A stretch of 25,751 nucleotides of DNA from Planctomycetota bacterium (GTDB lineage: Bacteria > Planctomycetota > UBA1135 > GCA-002686595). Positions 6,505-15,495 of the stretch are shown in pieces (within the stretch, counting starts at the first letter, position 1; each line of letters begins with the position of its first letter). The notes under the pieces are model-generated. The model saw only the letters and a list, made by a program, of their open reading frames with translations, had not been told where the DNA came from and did no database searches. A program made the position numbers and the translations under genes. The stretch covers positions 1 through 25,751 of the forward strand of contig JAPKBY010000001.1 of NCBI GenBank assembly GCA_028823185.1. Direction: 5' to 3'.

Positions 6505-7562
6505 ATTTGCATCAAGGTATTCACGGAATGGGGGCTCACCCTGAGTTCCTTAGAGATCTCTCCTGCATGTTTGACGGAGAGTTGGAAGAACAGGCAGCTG
6601 GGCGCGCGATGCTTCATATCGAAGAGTGCGAGTCTTGCCGTTCCTTCTTCGAGGATCTTCGAGATCAGGTGCGAGCGCACCGTGACATGGAGAACCCGGA
6701 GGAGCTCTTTGCTCATGTGGCGCTCTTACGCGCGCAAGATGAGGTCGGGCTCCCGAACTTCGACAAGATAAACGCGGGCGTTGAGGGCATCGAGCTCATC
6801 AACCGCCTGGCTACGGTCTTCTATCAGCTAGGGAAGGCCTATGCGCTCTCGGCGATTGATCCGGGCTATCACACACTGGTCTTCGAGGCCGTGGTCGCCG
6901 TTGATCGCACCAAGATCGCTGGGCGTGGCTTCGTCGATGGCGTCCTCATGAGAGGAAGGGGCGATGTCGGAGGTCTTGATTGGGCTGAGGCGCGCCACTC
7001 GCTGAACGGCCGATTGGAGAGCATTGATGACCCCTTAGAGAAGGCCCACCGCCTCCTAGGGGAATGTCTCGATGCAGACCCCTCTCATGAAGAGGCGCGG
7101 CTCTATCTCGCCTTCCTTCATGCGCACGAGGGCAAGACCCTGAGGGCTGCGCAAGAGTACAAAGAGGTCTTTGACACGGCGATTGATGACCGCAACCGCG
7201 GGCACGCGGCGATGCAGCTTGGAAATCTACACGGTCGTGAAGAGGACTATCGGAAAGCCTTGGCGTGCTATCGATGGATCACGATCACAGGTCTAGACAA
7301 GTTGGACGATCGCTTCTTTGGCGCTCGCTTCAACATCGGCAAATGCTGGGCGATGCTCGGCGAGAAAGATCGCTCTCTCCAGACCTTCCGTGAATTGCTG
7401 GATACGCATCCCGACCGCGCGGTCGAGGTGGCCCGTCTCTTTGCGGGGACCCCGAGCTTGCGAAGAAGTATTGATTCGATTCCTGGATTTCCCGAAGAGC
7501 TGATAGGGCATTGCCCAGAGCTCTTCATCGGTGCTGCCCTTGGAGGGGCAGAAGACAAATAG
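6501..7562 (+). CDS. Zinc-binding anti-sigma (zf-HC2/ZAS) domain fused to TPRs, no transmembrane helix
   Basis: LSCMFDGELEEQAAGRAMLHIEECESC (HxxxCxxC). TPR-like repeats EARLYLAFLHAHEGK, HAAMQLGNLHGREEDYRKALACY and ARFNIGKCWAMLGEKDRSLQTF. ATGA coupling to the sigma gene; no long hydrophobic stretch. Confidence 0.85.
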   Translation: MNLHQGIHGMGAHPEFLRDLSCMFDGELEEQAAGRAMLHIEECESCRSFFEDLRDQVRAHRDMENPEELFAHVALLRAQDEVGLPNFDKINAGVEGIELINRLATVFYQLGKAYALSAIDPGYHTLVFEAVVAVDRTKIAGRGFVDGVLMRGRGDVGGLDWAEARHSLNGRLESIDDPLEKAHRLLGECLDADPSHEEARLYLAFLHAHEGKTLRAAQEYKEVFDTAIDDRNRGHAAMQLGNLHGREEDYRKALACYRWITITGLDKLDDRFFGARFNIGKCWAMLGEKDRSLQTFRELLDTHPDRAVEVARLFAGTPSLRRSIDSIPGFPEELIGHCPELFIGAALGGAEDK

Positions 7563-7571
7563 GGACCGCTA

Positions 7572-8192
7572 ATGAAAAAAACATTAACAACCAAAGAAGC
7601 TTTGATTCACTCGAACTCATGGAGACGAGCCGGCGCCACAGCGCTCGGTTTAGCGATCATGTTGCCGCTCAGTTTTGGAATGAGCGGAGGGGGTAAAGGC
7701 AACTCCAGTGAAGATGACTGGGTCGGTACCCTGCCGCTGATTAACGTCGGCCCTCAAGGTCTCGGCGGTACCAGCCAGGATGTCGGAGCTGCGGCCTTCT
7801 ACATTGAGGGTCCTCTGCGACAGGTCCTCGGCGCGACTATGCACGCAGGCGGTGGCTACTGTGACTGGGAGATGCTCCCCTCTGGTGAGGTTCGCATGAG
7901 CTTTCACGGTGATCAGTTCCTCGCCTTTGACTTCGAGTTCTTCAGTCAAGCAGGCTTGCGCTGCGGAATGAAGACAGAGTCAGGCCTCGGCGTCGTTGCG
8001 ATCGAACAGGACGGGCGCTTAATTCGCAGCCAGCAGCTCAACTCAGAGATTCGCATCCCCGTGAATCAGCTTGAGGAAGCAGGCTGCTTGAGCGAGGGGA
8101 TCACCTTGCGAGTCTTCGACCCTCTGCAAGGGCGCAGCAGCATCAACATGCGCACGATCGGCGGGCGTCTCTACCTCTTTCAGGTCCACTAA
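7572..8192 (+). CDS. Secreted/exported hypothetical protein
   Basis: Basic N-terminus and hydrophobic segment (RRAGATALGLAIMLPLSFG), Gly-rich linker, then a beta-rich domain; 9 bp downstream of the anti-sigma gene. Confidence 0.75.
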   Translation: MKKTLTTKEALIHSNSWRRAGATALGLAIMLPLSFGMSGGGKGNSSEDDWVGTLPLINVGPQGLGGTSQDVGAAAFYIEGPLRQVLGATMHAGGGYCDWEMLPSGEVRMSFHGDQFLAFDFEFFSQAGLRCGMKTESGLGVVAIEQDGRLIRSQQLNSEIRIPVNQLEEAGCLSEGITLRVFDPLQGRSSINMRTIGGRLYLFQVH

Positions 8193-8217
8193 GAGCAGCG
8201 AGCTCTTTGCTCAAATA

Positions 8218-8252
8218 AGGGGCCGCTTCCGCATCTCGCGGCAGCGGCCCCT
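8218..8252. terminator. Long stem-loop after the ECF operon
   Basis: AGGGGCCGCT...AGCGGCCCCT (10 bp) plus an inner CCGC/GCGG stem. A U-rich tail (TATTTG) appears only on the minus strand. Confidence 0.5.
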
Positions 8253-8303
8253 CTGCGTATATCGACCCCCACAGGTGTAGGAGGATGAAAATTGAAGCGA
8301 GGC

Positions 8304-8330
8304 TCATCTTGAAGCGCGATCAGCCGATCA
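8304..8330 (+). promoter_or_regulatory. Possible sigma28 (FliA)-type promoter
   Basis: The -10 GCCGATCA (8323-8330) matches GCCGATAA at 7 of 8 positions. The -35 position at the canonical spacing reads TCAT, a weak match to TAAA. It lies 35 nt before ATG 8366. Confidence 0.3.
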
Positions 8331-8365
8331 CCGAATGACGGGTGCTCTTGGCCTGTATACCGCTC

Positions 8366-9478
8366 ATGGAATCTCTCGCACAGAACATTGGTGGCCCTGC
8401 CACCCCTCGGCCTGCCCTCTCCCAAGGCGCTGACACACGCGCCGTGTTACAGGCGGGGAGAGTCGTCGCTGGACACGTGATTGAGAGTCACGCAAACGGC
8501 AGCGTCTTGGTCTCCATCGGGAACATGCGCGTTCCAGCCAGAGCTCAGGTGGCGTTGGAGCCCGGCCAGCGCTTTTTGGCGATGGTAGAGGCGAGCGGTG
8601 AGGTGCTGATATTGCGGGTGATGACCGGAGACAAGACGCCTGTTGATTCAGCGCTCCTGAACGCTCTGAGGGCCCTCTTGCCCGGGGCTAGCTCTTCTGG
8701 AGCGGCGCTTGGAGAGTTGCTTGCAGTGTTAAAGGTCATGAACGCTAAGGGAGGAGAGGGAGATCCACGTGTCCTCATGGATCAGTTGACGGAGCACCTC
8801 TTTCGACCTGGTGCTCGAGGCAGTGACCTGGCCTCGCTCATTCAACGCGCTGGGACCAGACTCGAAGCCGCGCTCTTAGCGGCATCTCTAAAGCGTGGTG
8901 CTCAAGGTGGAGATGACTCACAAGAGCTGCGTCGAGATTTGAAGGCGCGTCTCTTGATGGCGAGGTCTTCCGCTGGAGAGAGCCCTCTCGCGGATGCGCT
9001 CACAAAAGCGATCCGCTCGATCGAGTCTGAGCAGGTCTTGAACCTTGCTAGGGCTGCGAGCTCTGAGCCGCATCGTTTCTCAGTTCCATTTCCGGATCCG
9101 GGCGTCGAGGGCGCCCCTTGGACGACAGCCTTCTTGACCTTCACGAGGCGCCGAGAAGAGGGCAGCTCTGGAGAAGATGGGGAAGGGGAGGCTAGCTGTC
9201 GCTTTCGTTTGGATGTGAAGCTCTCGAAGTTAGGCGCCGTGAGGGCAGAGCTCGGCTTGAACGAAGGACGGATCAAGCTCGTCATTGGAGTGGCTGACGA
9301 GCGCGCACGCGCTCTCCTCGAAGGAGCTCTTCCGAGCTATCTCGAAGCCTTGAGCGGGAAGGGGATGGAGGTTGAGGCAGCTGTGAGGCTCGCTCATAAA
9401 GATGAACTCCTCGACGGCGAGGCTGTCCACGGCGTCCAATTCCTCAGCGAACACCATCTCTTGGATGAGTCAGCATGA
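8366..9478 (+). CDS. FliK-like protein (flagellar hook-length control C-terminal domain)
   Basis: C-terminal FRLDVKLSKLGAVRAELGLNEGRIKLVIGVADERARALLEGALPSYLEALSGKGMEV is a T3S4/Flg_hook-like pattern, and the gene is coupled to an FlhB-C-like gene. ATG 8366 is chosen as the start. Confidence 0.75.
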   Translation: MESLAQNIGGPATPRPALSQGADTRAVLQAGRVVAGHVIESHANGSVLVSIGNMRVPARAQVALEPGQRFLAMVEASGEVLILRVMTGDKTPVDSALLNALRALLPGASSSGAALGELLAVLKVMNAKGGEGDPRVLMDQLTEHLFRPGARGSDLASLIQRAGTRLEAALLAASLKRGAQGGDDSQELRRDLKARLLMARSSAGESPLADALTKAIRSIESEQVLNLARAASSEPHRFSVPFPDPGVEGAPWTTAFLTFTRRREEGSSGEDGEGEASCRFRLDVKLSKLGAVRAELGLNEGRIKLVIGVADERARALLEGALPSYLEALSGKGMEVEAAVRLAHKDELLDGEAVHGVQFLSEHHLLDESA

Positions 9479-9753
9479 GCGCTCCCAGTGATCCCAAAGA
9501 AGTCGTCGCGCTACGCTATGACAGCGACATGGAGGGGGCGCCCAGGGTCGTCGCCAGCGGCCGTGGAGCCAGCGCTGAGGCGATCCTCGCTGCTGCGCTA
9601 GAGCATGGCATCCCTGTAGAGGAGGACGCCGCCTTGCTCGGCCTGCTGGCCGGCTGTGAGCTGGGCGAAGAGATCCCTGCGGAGCTCTTCGAGGCTGTCG
9701 CTGAGCTCCTAACTTGGCTGTACCGCCTCGAGGGGCGTTTGCTCGCGACCTGA
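9475..9753 (+). CDS. Stand-alone FlhB/EscU/YscU C-terminal-domain protein (FlhX/YlqH-like)
   Basis: VVALRYDSDMEGAPRVVASGRGASAEAILAAALEHGIPVEED...LAGCELGEEIPAELFEAVAELLTWLYRLE; ATGA overlap with the FliK-like stop. Confidence 0.9.
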   Translation: MSAPSDPKEVVALRYDSDMEGAPRVVASGRGASAEAILAAALEHGIPVEEDAALLGLLAGCELGEEIPAELFEAVAELLTWLYRLEGRLLAT

Positions 9754-9806
9754 GAGGGGCTCCCGCGGTTAGACTGGGCGGCTCGATAACCAGCCACGGA
9801 GCCAAG

Positions 9807-12470
9807 ATGACTGACGCAGCGATAGCCACCGATAAGCAACCCATCACCAAGTACCGCAAGGATTACCAGCCGCCCACGCACCTCGTGGACACGCTGGATC
9901 TGGAGTTTGACCTAGCGGAGGAGCACACGCGCGTTCGCTCGCGCATGGCTCTCAAAGAGAACCCCCTGCGTTCAGACACGAGCGGTGAGCTCGTCTTTGA
10001 TGGGGAAGGTCTTGAGCTCGTGCGAGTCGTAGTCGATGGGGCTGAGCTCTCAGCTGATCGCTACGAGGTCGGCCCTGAGACCCTCAAGATCTCTGGTCTG
10101 CCTGTGGAGTGTGTGCTTGAGATCGAGGTCATCATTGAGCCTCAAGAGAACACCTGCTTTGAGGGCCTCTATCGCTCTGGGCCGATGTTCCTCACGCAGT
10201 GTGAGGCGGAGGGTTTTCGTCGGATCACCTACTTCTTTGATCGCCCCGACGTCATGGCGCGCTACACGACGACAGTCCGTGCAGAGAAAGAGCGCTACCC
10301 GAGGCTCCTCTCAAACGGCAACTTGCTCGAGGCTGGAGAGGATGCCGATGGGCGTCACTGGGCGCGCTGGGAAGATCCCTTCCCTAAGCCGAGCTATCTC
10401 TTCGCTCTGGTCGCTGGTGACCTTCATTGTCACCCGGGCTCTTTCACGACCATGTCGGGTCGTGAGGTAGAGCTGCGGATCTATGTCGAGCATCAGCACG
10501 CGGACAAGTGCGAGCACGCGATGAAGAGCGTCGAGAACGCGATGCGTTGGGATGAGGAGGTGTTCGGGCTCGAATATGACCTGGATCTCTACATGATCGT
10601 CGCGACGGATGACTTCAACATGGGTGCGATGGAGAACAAGGGCTTGAACGTCTTCAACTCAGCTTTGGTCTTGGCGCGCCCTGACACCGCGACAGATGCT
10701 GACTATGAGCGGATCGAGGGCGTCATCGGCCACGAGTACTTTCACAACTGGACCGGTAACCGAGTCACGTGCAAGGACTGGTTCCAGCTGACCTTGAAGG
10801 AGGGCCTGACGGTCTTTCGTGATCAGCAGTTCACGGCGGACATGACCTCAGCCGCGGTCGCGAGGATCAATGATGTGAACATGCTTCGCGCCAGGCAGTT
10901 CCCTGAGGACGCTGGGCCGATGTCGCATCCCATCAGGCCTGATTCATATCAGGAGATGAATAACTTCTACACAGCGACGGTCTACGAGAAGGGCGCAGAG
11001 GTCATTCGCATGTACCACACGCTCCTCGGAGCTGACGGCTTTAGGAAGGGAGTTGACCTCTACTTTGAGCGTCACGATGGTCAGGCAGTGACCTGTGATG
11101 ACTTCCGCGCGGCCATGGCTGATGCGAACGGTCGCGACCTCTCGCAGCTCGAGCGCTGGTACCTCCAGGCAGGCACGCCTGTCCTTGAGGTGCAGGACTC
11201 TTATGACGAGGAGGCGCAGACGCGCACCTTCACCTTCACTCAGTCAACGCCTCCGACGCCGGGGCAAACAGAGAAGCTCCCGCTGCATCTGCCTGTCTCT
11301 TTCGGACTCATCGGCCCTGACGGCGCAGACATAGAGCTCTGCCTCAGTAATGAGGAAGCCAGCGGTGAGACCTCGCGTGTCCTTGAGTTGACTGAGGCAG
11401 AGCAGTCCTTCACCTTTGTGGGTGTGCCTGCGGGTTGTGTCGCGAGCTATCTCAGAGGCTTCTCTGCGCCGGTCGACTTGCGCTGTGAGCGCACGAACGC
11501 TGAGTACGCCTTCCTGATGGCGAACGATTCGGACTCATTCAACAGGTGGGAAGCCGGACAGCAGTTCGCGACCAAGCTCTTGGTCGGAATGATCGAAGCG
11601 CTCGGGCGCGGCGAAGAGGCCGTCCTCGACACGGACTTCGTCGAGGCTTGGGGGGTGATCCTTCGCGATGAAGAGCTGGATCGATCGCTCGTGAGCCTCG
11701 CGCTCGCGCTGCCGGGCGAGACTTACCTCGCAGAGCGAATTGAGGTCCTTGACCCCGGACACGTTCACGCCGCGCGACGCGCCGCTGTGTCTCAGCTGGC
11801 TGTCGCTCACGCAGACACCCTGCGAGAGGTCCGCGCCCGCAACTACTCTGGTGCGGCTTACTCAGCTGACAGAGAGAGCATCGGCAAGCGCCGGCTCGCG
11901 AATCTTTGTCTCGGCTATCTCTCAGAGCTGGAGCTAGCTTCAGACACGGCTGAGTGTGTCGCTCAGTTTGAGGCAGCGGACAACATGACAGACTCGATCG
12001 CAGCCCTCTCTTGCCTCTCTCATCAGGCTGGTGAGCAACGTGAGGCGGCGCTCAGCGCCTTCTACGAGCGCTGGAAGTCAGAGCCGCTCGTCATCAATAA
12101 GTGGTTCACCTTGCAGGCGATCAGCGATTTGCCCGACACGGTAGAGAGGCTCGTGCTGCTTGCGAAGCACCCTGACTTCACCTTGAACAACCCGAACCGA
12201 GCGCGCTCTCTCTTGGGCGCCTTCGGGGCGATGAACTCGGCGCACTTCCATCGGGAAGATGGAGCTGGGTATCGCTTCCTCGCAGATCACTTGATCGAGT
12301 TGGACTCTCTCAACCCTCAGATCGCCTCGCGCATGGTCGACTCGCTCCTCAAGTGGAAGCGGCTTGAGCCGACGCGCCGTGAGCTGATGAGAGCTGAGCT
12401 TGAGCGCGTCGCGTCCAAGGAAGGCCTCTCTAAAGATGTCAGCGAGAAGGCTGAAAAGGCGTTGGGCTGA
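9807..12470 (+). CDS. pepN: Aminopeptidase N (M1 family)
   Basis: TQCEAEGFRRITY, MGAMENKGLN and HEYFHNWTGNRVT...LKEGLT (HEXXH-x18-E), with C-terminal NPNRARSL and NPQIASR. ATG 9807 is preferred over the track start, which overlaps the upstream gene. Confidence 0.97.
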   Translation: MTDAAIATDKQPITKYRKDYQPPTHLVDTLDLEFDLAEEHTRVRSRMALKENPLRSDTSGELVFDGEGLELVRVVVDGAELSADRYEVGPETLKISGLPVECVLEIEVIIEPQENTCFEGLYRSGPMFLTQCEAEGFRRITYFFDRPDVMARYTTTVRAEKERYPRLLSNGNLLEAGEDADGRHWARWEDPFPKPSYLFALVAGDLHCHPGSFTTMSGREVELRIYVEHQHADKCEHAMKSVENAMRWDEEVFGLEYDLDLYMIVATDDFNMGAMENKGLNVFNSALVLARPDTATDADYERIEGVIGHEYFHNWTGNRVTCKDWFQLTLKEGLTVFRDQQFTADMTSAAVARINDVNMLRARQFPEDAGPMSHPIRPDSYQEMNNFYTATVYEKGAEVIRMYHTLLGADGFRKGVDLYFERHDGQAVTCDDFRAAMADANGRDLSQLERWYLQAGTPVLEVQDSYDEEAQTRTFTFTQSTPPTPGQTEKLPLHLPVSFGLIGPDGADIELCLSNEEASGETSRVLELTEAEQSFTFVGVPAGCVASYLRGFSAPVDLRCERTNAEYAFLMANDSDSFNRWEAGQQFATKLLVGMIEALGRGEEAVLDTDFVEAWGVILRDEELDRSLVSLALALPGETYLAERIEVLDPGHVHAARRAAVSQLAVAHADTLREVRARNYSGAAYSADRESIGKRRLANLCLGYLSELELASDTAECVAQFEAADNMTDSIAALSCLSHQAGEQREAALSAFYERWKSEPLVINKWFTLQAISDLPDTVERLVLLAKHPDFTLNNPNRARSLLGAFGAMNSAHFHREDGAGYRFLADHLIELDSLNPQIASRMVDSLLKWKRLEPTRRELMRAELERVASKEGLSKDVSEKAEKALG

Positions 12471-12479
12471 GGGTCCTTG

Positions 12480-13079
12480 ATGAACTATAGCAAAGAGGAT
12501 TGGGGCGCTAGATATCTCGCAAAGGACACCCCGTGGAATCACGGAGATCCGCACCCTGAGGTGAGGCGGCTCATCGCTGCTGGGGAGTTTCCATTTCCAG
12601 AGAGCGGCAATCGAGTCCTGGTCCCGGGCTGCGGCCCTGCCCACGATGCACGCGCGATCGCAGAAGAGGGCTATGAGGTGACAGGCGTAGATTTCTCAGA
12701 AGAGGTGACTCCGCTGGCGACGGCTACGCTCAATGGTTGTGGCGGAAAGTTTCTCTGTGAGGACGCGCTCGCCCACGACCCGAAGGAGCCCTATGACCTC
12801 GTCTTTGAACACACCTTCTTGTGTGCCATCGACCCCTCCTTGCGTCCGCGCTACGCGGAGATGATCTCACGCGTGCTGAGACCAGGTGGCCTGCTCGCCA
12901 TCATCGTCTTTCCTGTGGACAGACCTCGGGAGGAGGAGGGTCCGCCCTCAACGTTGACGATCGACGACCTCACGGAGCTGCTCGCTGGCTCCTTCGTCTT
13001 GCGCTCGCACGCTGCCGTCCAGAGCGGGCGCGCGGGCCGCGAGTGGGTCGAAGAGTTCGCGGTCTTCGAGCGAAGCTGA
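12480..13079 (+). CDS. SAM-dependent methyltransferase, thiopurine/thiol S-methyltransferase (TPMT) family
   Basis: TPWNHGDPHP, VLVPGCGPAHDA (motif I), YDLVFEHTFLCAIDPSLRPRY and EGPP. Confidence 0.88.
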   Translation: MNYSKEDWGARYLAKDTPWNHGDPHPEVRRLIAAGEFPFPESGNRVLVPGCGPAHDARAIAEEGYEVTGVDFSEEVTPLATATLNGCGGKFLCEDALAHDPKEPYDLVFEHTFLCAIDPSLRPRYAEMISRVLRPGGLLAIIVFPVDRPREEEGPPSTLTIDDLTELLAGSFVLRSHAAVQSGRAGREWVEEFAVFERS

Positions 13080-13086
13080 TCAGGGC

Positions 13087-14313
13087 TCAGCCTTCTTCAG
13101 GAGCGTCTTCGAAGGAGAAGCCTGCGTTCAACGCGCGAACCGGGGTCTCTACCTGCGGGAGCTCTGGAAGCTCTCCTTTGGTCGCGTTGAGCTCCTCTAG
13201 CTTGCGTGCCGCGGGCAAGACCCGCTTCTCGTAGCTACCGATGGCGCTGTTGTAGGCCTCTTGAGCGCCGCCAAGGTGCTTGCCGACCTTGAGGAGATGG
13301 TTGGCGAAGATCTCTATTCGGTTGTGCAAGAGCTCGGCTTGTTCTTGGATTTCGCGCGCGCCAATGGCGAGGTCGTGTTGGCGCCAGTAGAGGCCGATCG
13401 TTCGAAGCAACGCGACGAGCGTCACAGGTGTGGCGATCAGGATGCGATCACCGAGCGCTTCCTCTTGGAGCCCAGGGTTCACTTCGAAGGCGGCGGAGAG
13501 GAGGTGGTCGCCTGGGAGGAACATGACCGTGAAGTCGACATCGCCTTCCAGCTGGGAAGAGTAGTCACGCTTCTTGAGCTCACGGACGTGGGCGCGCATG
13601 TCTTTGGCGTGCTGCTCTAGGAGAGATTTACGTGCTTTCGGGTCTTCCGTCGCGAAGGCGTCTTGATAGGCGGCGAGCGGGAACTTGGCGTCGATCGGTA
13701 CGAGCCCTTCTCCTGGCATCTTGACGACTAGGTCGGGTTTCTTGCCGTCAGCGGTCATGCTCTGCTCGGAAAAGTCACAGTGCTTAGTCATCCCCGAGAG
13801 CTCGACGATGTTCTTCAAGGCCATCTCGCCGAAGTCTCCACGCGCCTTGGAGCTGCCGCGCAGAGCTGTGGTCAAGGCGGTTGAGTTCTCTTGCAGGAGA
13901 ATGGTGGCGTCTTTGAGGGATGTCAGCTCTTTACCTAGCGAGCCGTAGGCCTTGTCTCGCTTCTCTTCCATGGCCTTGGTCTCTAGCTGGAGCTTCTTGA
14001 GCTCGTCCTTGAGCGGCTTCATGCGCTCGGTCGCGAGGTTTAGGAAGCTCTTGTTGGACTCCTCGAGGCTGGCAGAGGCGAGTCCTTTGAAGGTGGTCTT
14101 CATCTCTTTTAGGTGAGCTTCGAAGTTAGCCTTCTCGCGTTCGCTCGCGCCCTTTCGCTCCTCAGCGCGGGCGCGTTCGGCGGCGAGCTCTGTGCTCGAT
14201 TGCACGAGCTGGGCCTTGAGGGAAGACTGCACAGCGTTCGCTCGGTTGGATGCGATGAGCCAGCCGAGGATGGCACCGAGGGTGAGGCTGAGAATGATCG
14301 AAAGCGGTTCCAT
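13087..14313 (-). CDS. rmuC: DNA recombination protein RmuC
   Basis: N-terminal TM anchor, coiled coil, RGDFGEMALKNIVE, PDLVVKMP...IDAKFP, FTVMFLPGD and ATPVTLVALL. Confidence 0.93.
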   Translation of the reverse strand: MEPLSIILSLTLGAILGWLIASNRANAVQSSLKAQLVQSSTELAAERARAEERKGASEREKANFEAHLKEMKTTFKGLASASLEESNKSFLNLATERMKPLKDELKKLQLETKAMEEKRDKAYGSLGKELTSLKDATILLQENSTALTTALRGSSKARGDFGEMALKNIVELSGMTKHCDFSEQSMTADGKKPDLVVKMPGEGLVPIDAKFPLAAYQDAFATEDPKARKSLLEQHAKDMRAHVRELKKRDYSSQLEGDVDFTVMFLPGDHLLSAAFEVNPGLQEEALGDRILIATPVTLVALLRTIGLYWRQHDLAIGAREIQEQAELLHNRIEIFANHLLKVGKHLGGAQEAYNSAIGSYEKRVLPAARKLEELNATKGELPELPQVETPVRALNAGFSFEDAPEEG

Positions 14314-14505
14314 GAGTTCTCCTGAGAGGGGGGGAGCTCAACATCGGGTCCCCACCTTCCTTTCCGAGGTTACACGGAGACCCCACTTCCGCACACCGTG
14401 TTCTTTCTCAGGGTTTGTTTGTTGCGTTAGTTCGTCTCTCTTTGAGACAAGCAGGGACTCTCTTCCCCCAAGAAGAGCTCTCTCTCGCTACACTCCCGGG
14501 CAGCT

Positions 14506-15495
14506 ATGAGCGCAGACCACAACCTCCCCATGATTGCCCTCCCCGTCGGTGACCCCGCGGGTATCGGCCCTGAGGTCGTCTCAGCTGCGCTGAGCCGGCT
14601 CGAGGTGCGTGTCTCAGCTAGGGTCCTCGCGATCGGGCCTGGGAGCCTTCGGCCATCTTCTGTGCCAGAAGTCCAAGAGCCGGCAGAGGCGCTTGAGCTC
14701 CCCACGGCTTGGTTGGCTACAGAAGAGCCTGCCTCGTGGACGATGGGCGCGGCCAGCGCTGATTGCGGTCGGGCAGCTCTCTCAGCGCTGAGGCTCGGCC
14801 ATGATTTGGCGCTCTCAGGGGTCGTCGATGGTCTGGTTACGGGACCTGTCTCCAAGCAAGCCTTCCACCTCGCTGGTGAGCAAGTCGAGGGGCAGACACA
14901 GCTCCTAGCGCGCTGGTGCGGTGTCGAGCGGCATGGGATGCTGGCTATGACCGAGAGCTTGCGTGTCTTGCTCCTCTCTAGGCACCTTCCTCTGCGAGAG
15001 GCGATCGCCGGTCTCACTCGCGCTGCAGTCTTGGATCATCTTCATCTGCTCGATGAGACGCTCCGCGACCTAGGCATCGAAGCTCCTCGTCTCGCGCTCC
15101 CGGGGCTGAACCCACACGCTGGCGAGGCTGGCTTGCTCGGCTCTGAGGAGCAAGAGATCCTTGAGCCCGCGCTGGCTCTGGCGAGAGAGGCAGGACTAGA
15201 TGTCGTCGGCCCGGTCTCACCAGATGTCGTCTTTCGTGATGCGAATGAAGGCAAATATGACGGGGTCTTAGCGCTCTATCATGATCAGGCCTTCATCCCG
15301 ATCAAGCTGCTCGCAGGCTCAGCAGGTTGCACTCTGGCGGCGGGCTTGCCTTATCTGAGGATGAGCCCCGTCCACGGGACCGCCTTTGATATCGCTGGCA
15401 AGGGCGTCGCATCGTGCGAGAACATGCTCTCTACGATCAGGAGCGCTGCCGCTCTCTGTGCTTCGCGTGCGCGCCAAGGCACGTTGCGGGTTTAG
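14506..15495 (+). CDS. pdxA: 4-hydroxythreonine-4-phosphate dehydrogenase (PdxA family)
   Basis: GDPAGIGPEV, TGPVSK, GLNPHAGEAG, YHDQAFIPIK and SPVHGTAFDIAGKG. A PdxA2 specificity cannot be excluded. Confidence 0.92.
   Translation: MSADHNLPMIALPVGDPAGIGPEVVSAALSRLEVRVSARVLAIGPGSLRPSSVPEVQEPAEALELPTAWLATEEPASWTMGAASADCGRAALSALRLGHDLALSGVVDGLVTGPVSKQAFHLAGEQVEGQTQLLARWCGVERHGMLAMTESLRVLLLSRHLPLREAIAGLTRAAVLDHLHLLDETLRDLGIEAPRLALPGLNPHAGEAGLLGSEEQEILEPALALAREAGLDVVGPVSPDVVFRDANEGKYDGVLALYHDQAFIPIKLLAGSAGCTLAAGLPYLRMSPVHGTAFDIAGKGVASCENMLSTIRSAAALCASRARQGTLRV

Noticed and set aside
8348-8364. TTGGCCTGTATACCGCT has sigma54 GG-N10-GC spacing
   Set aside because: It lacks the TT before GC and would place the TSS downstream of ATG 8366.
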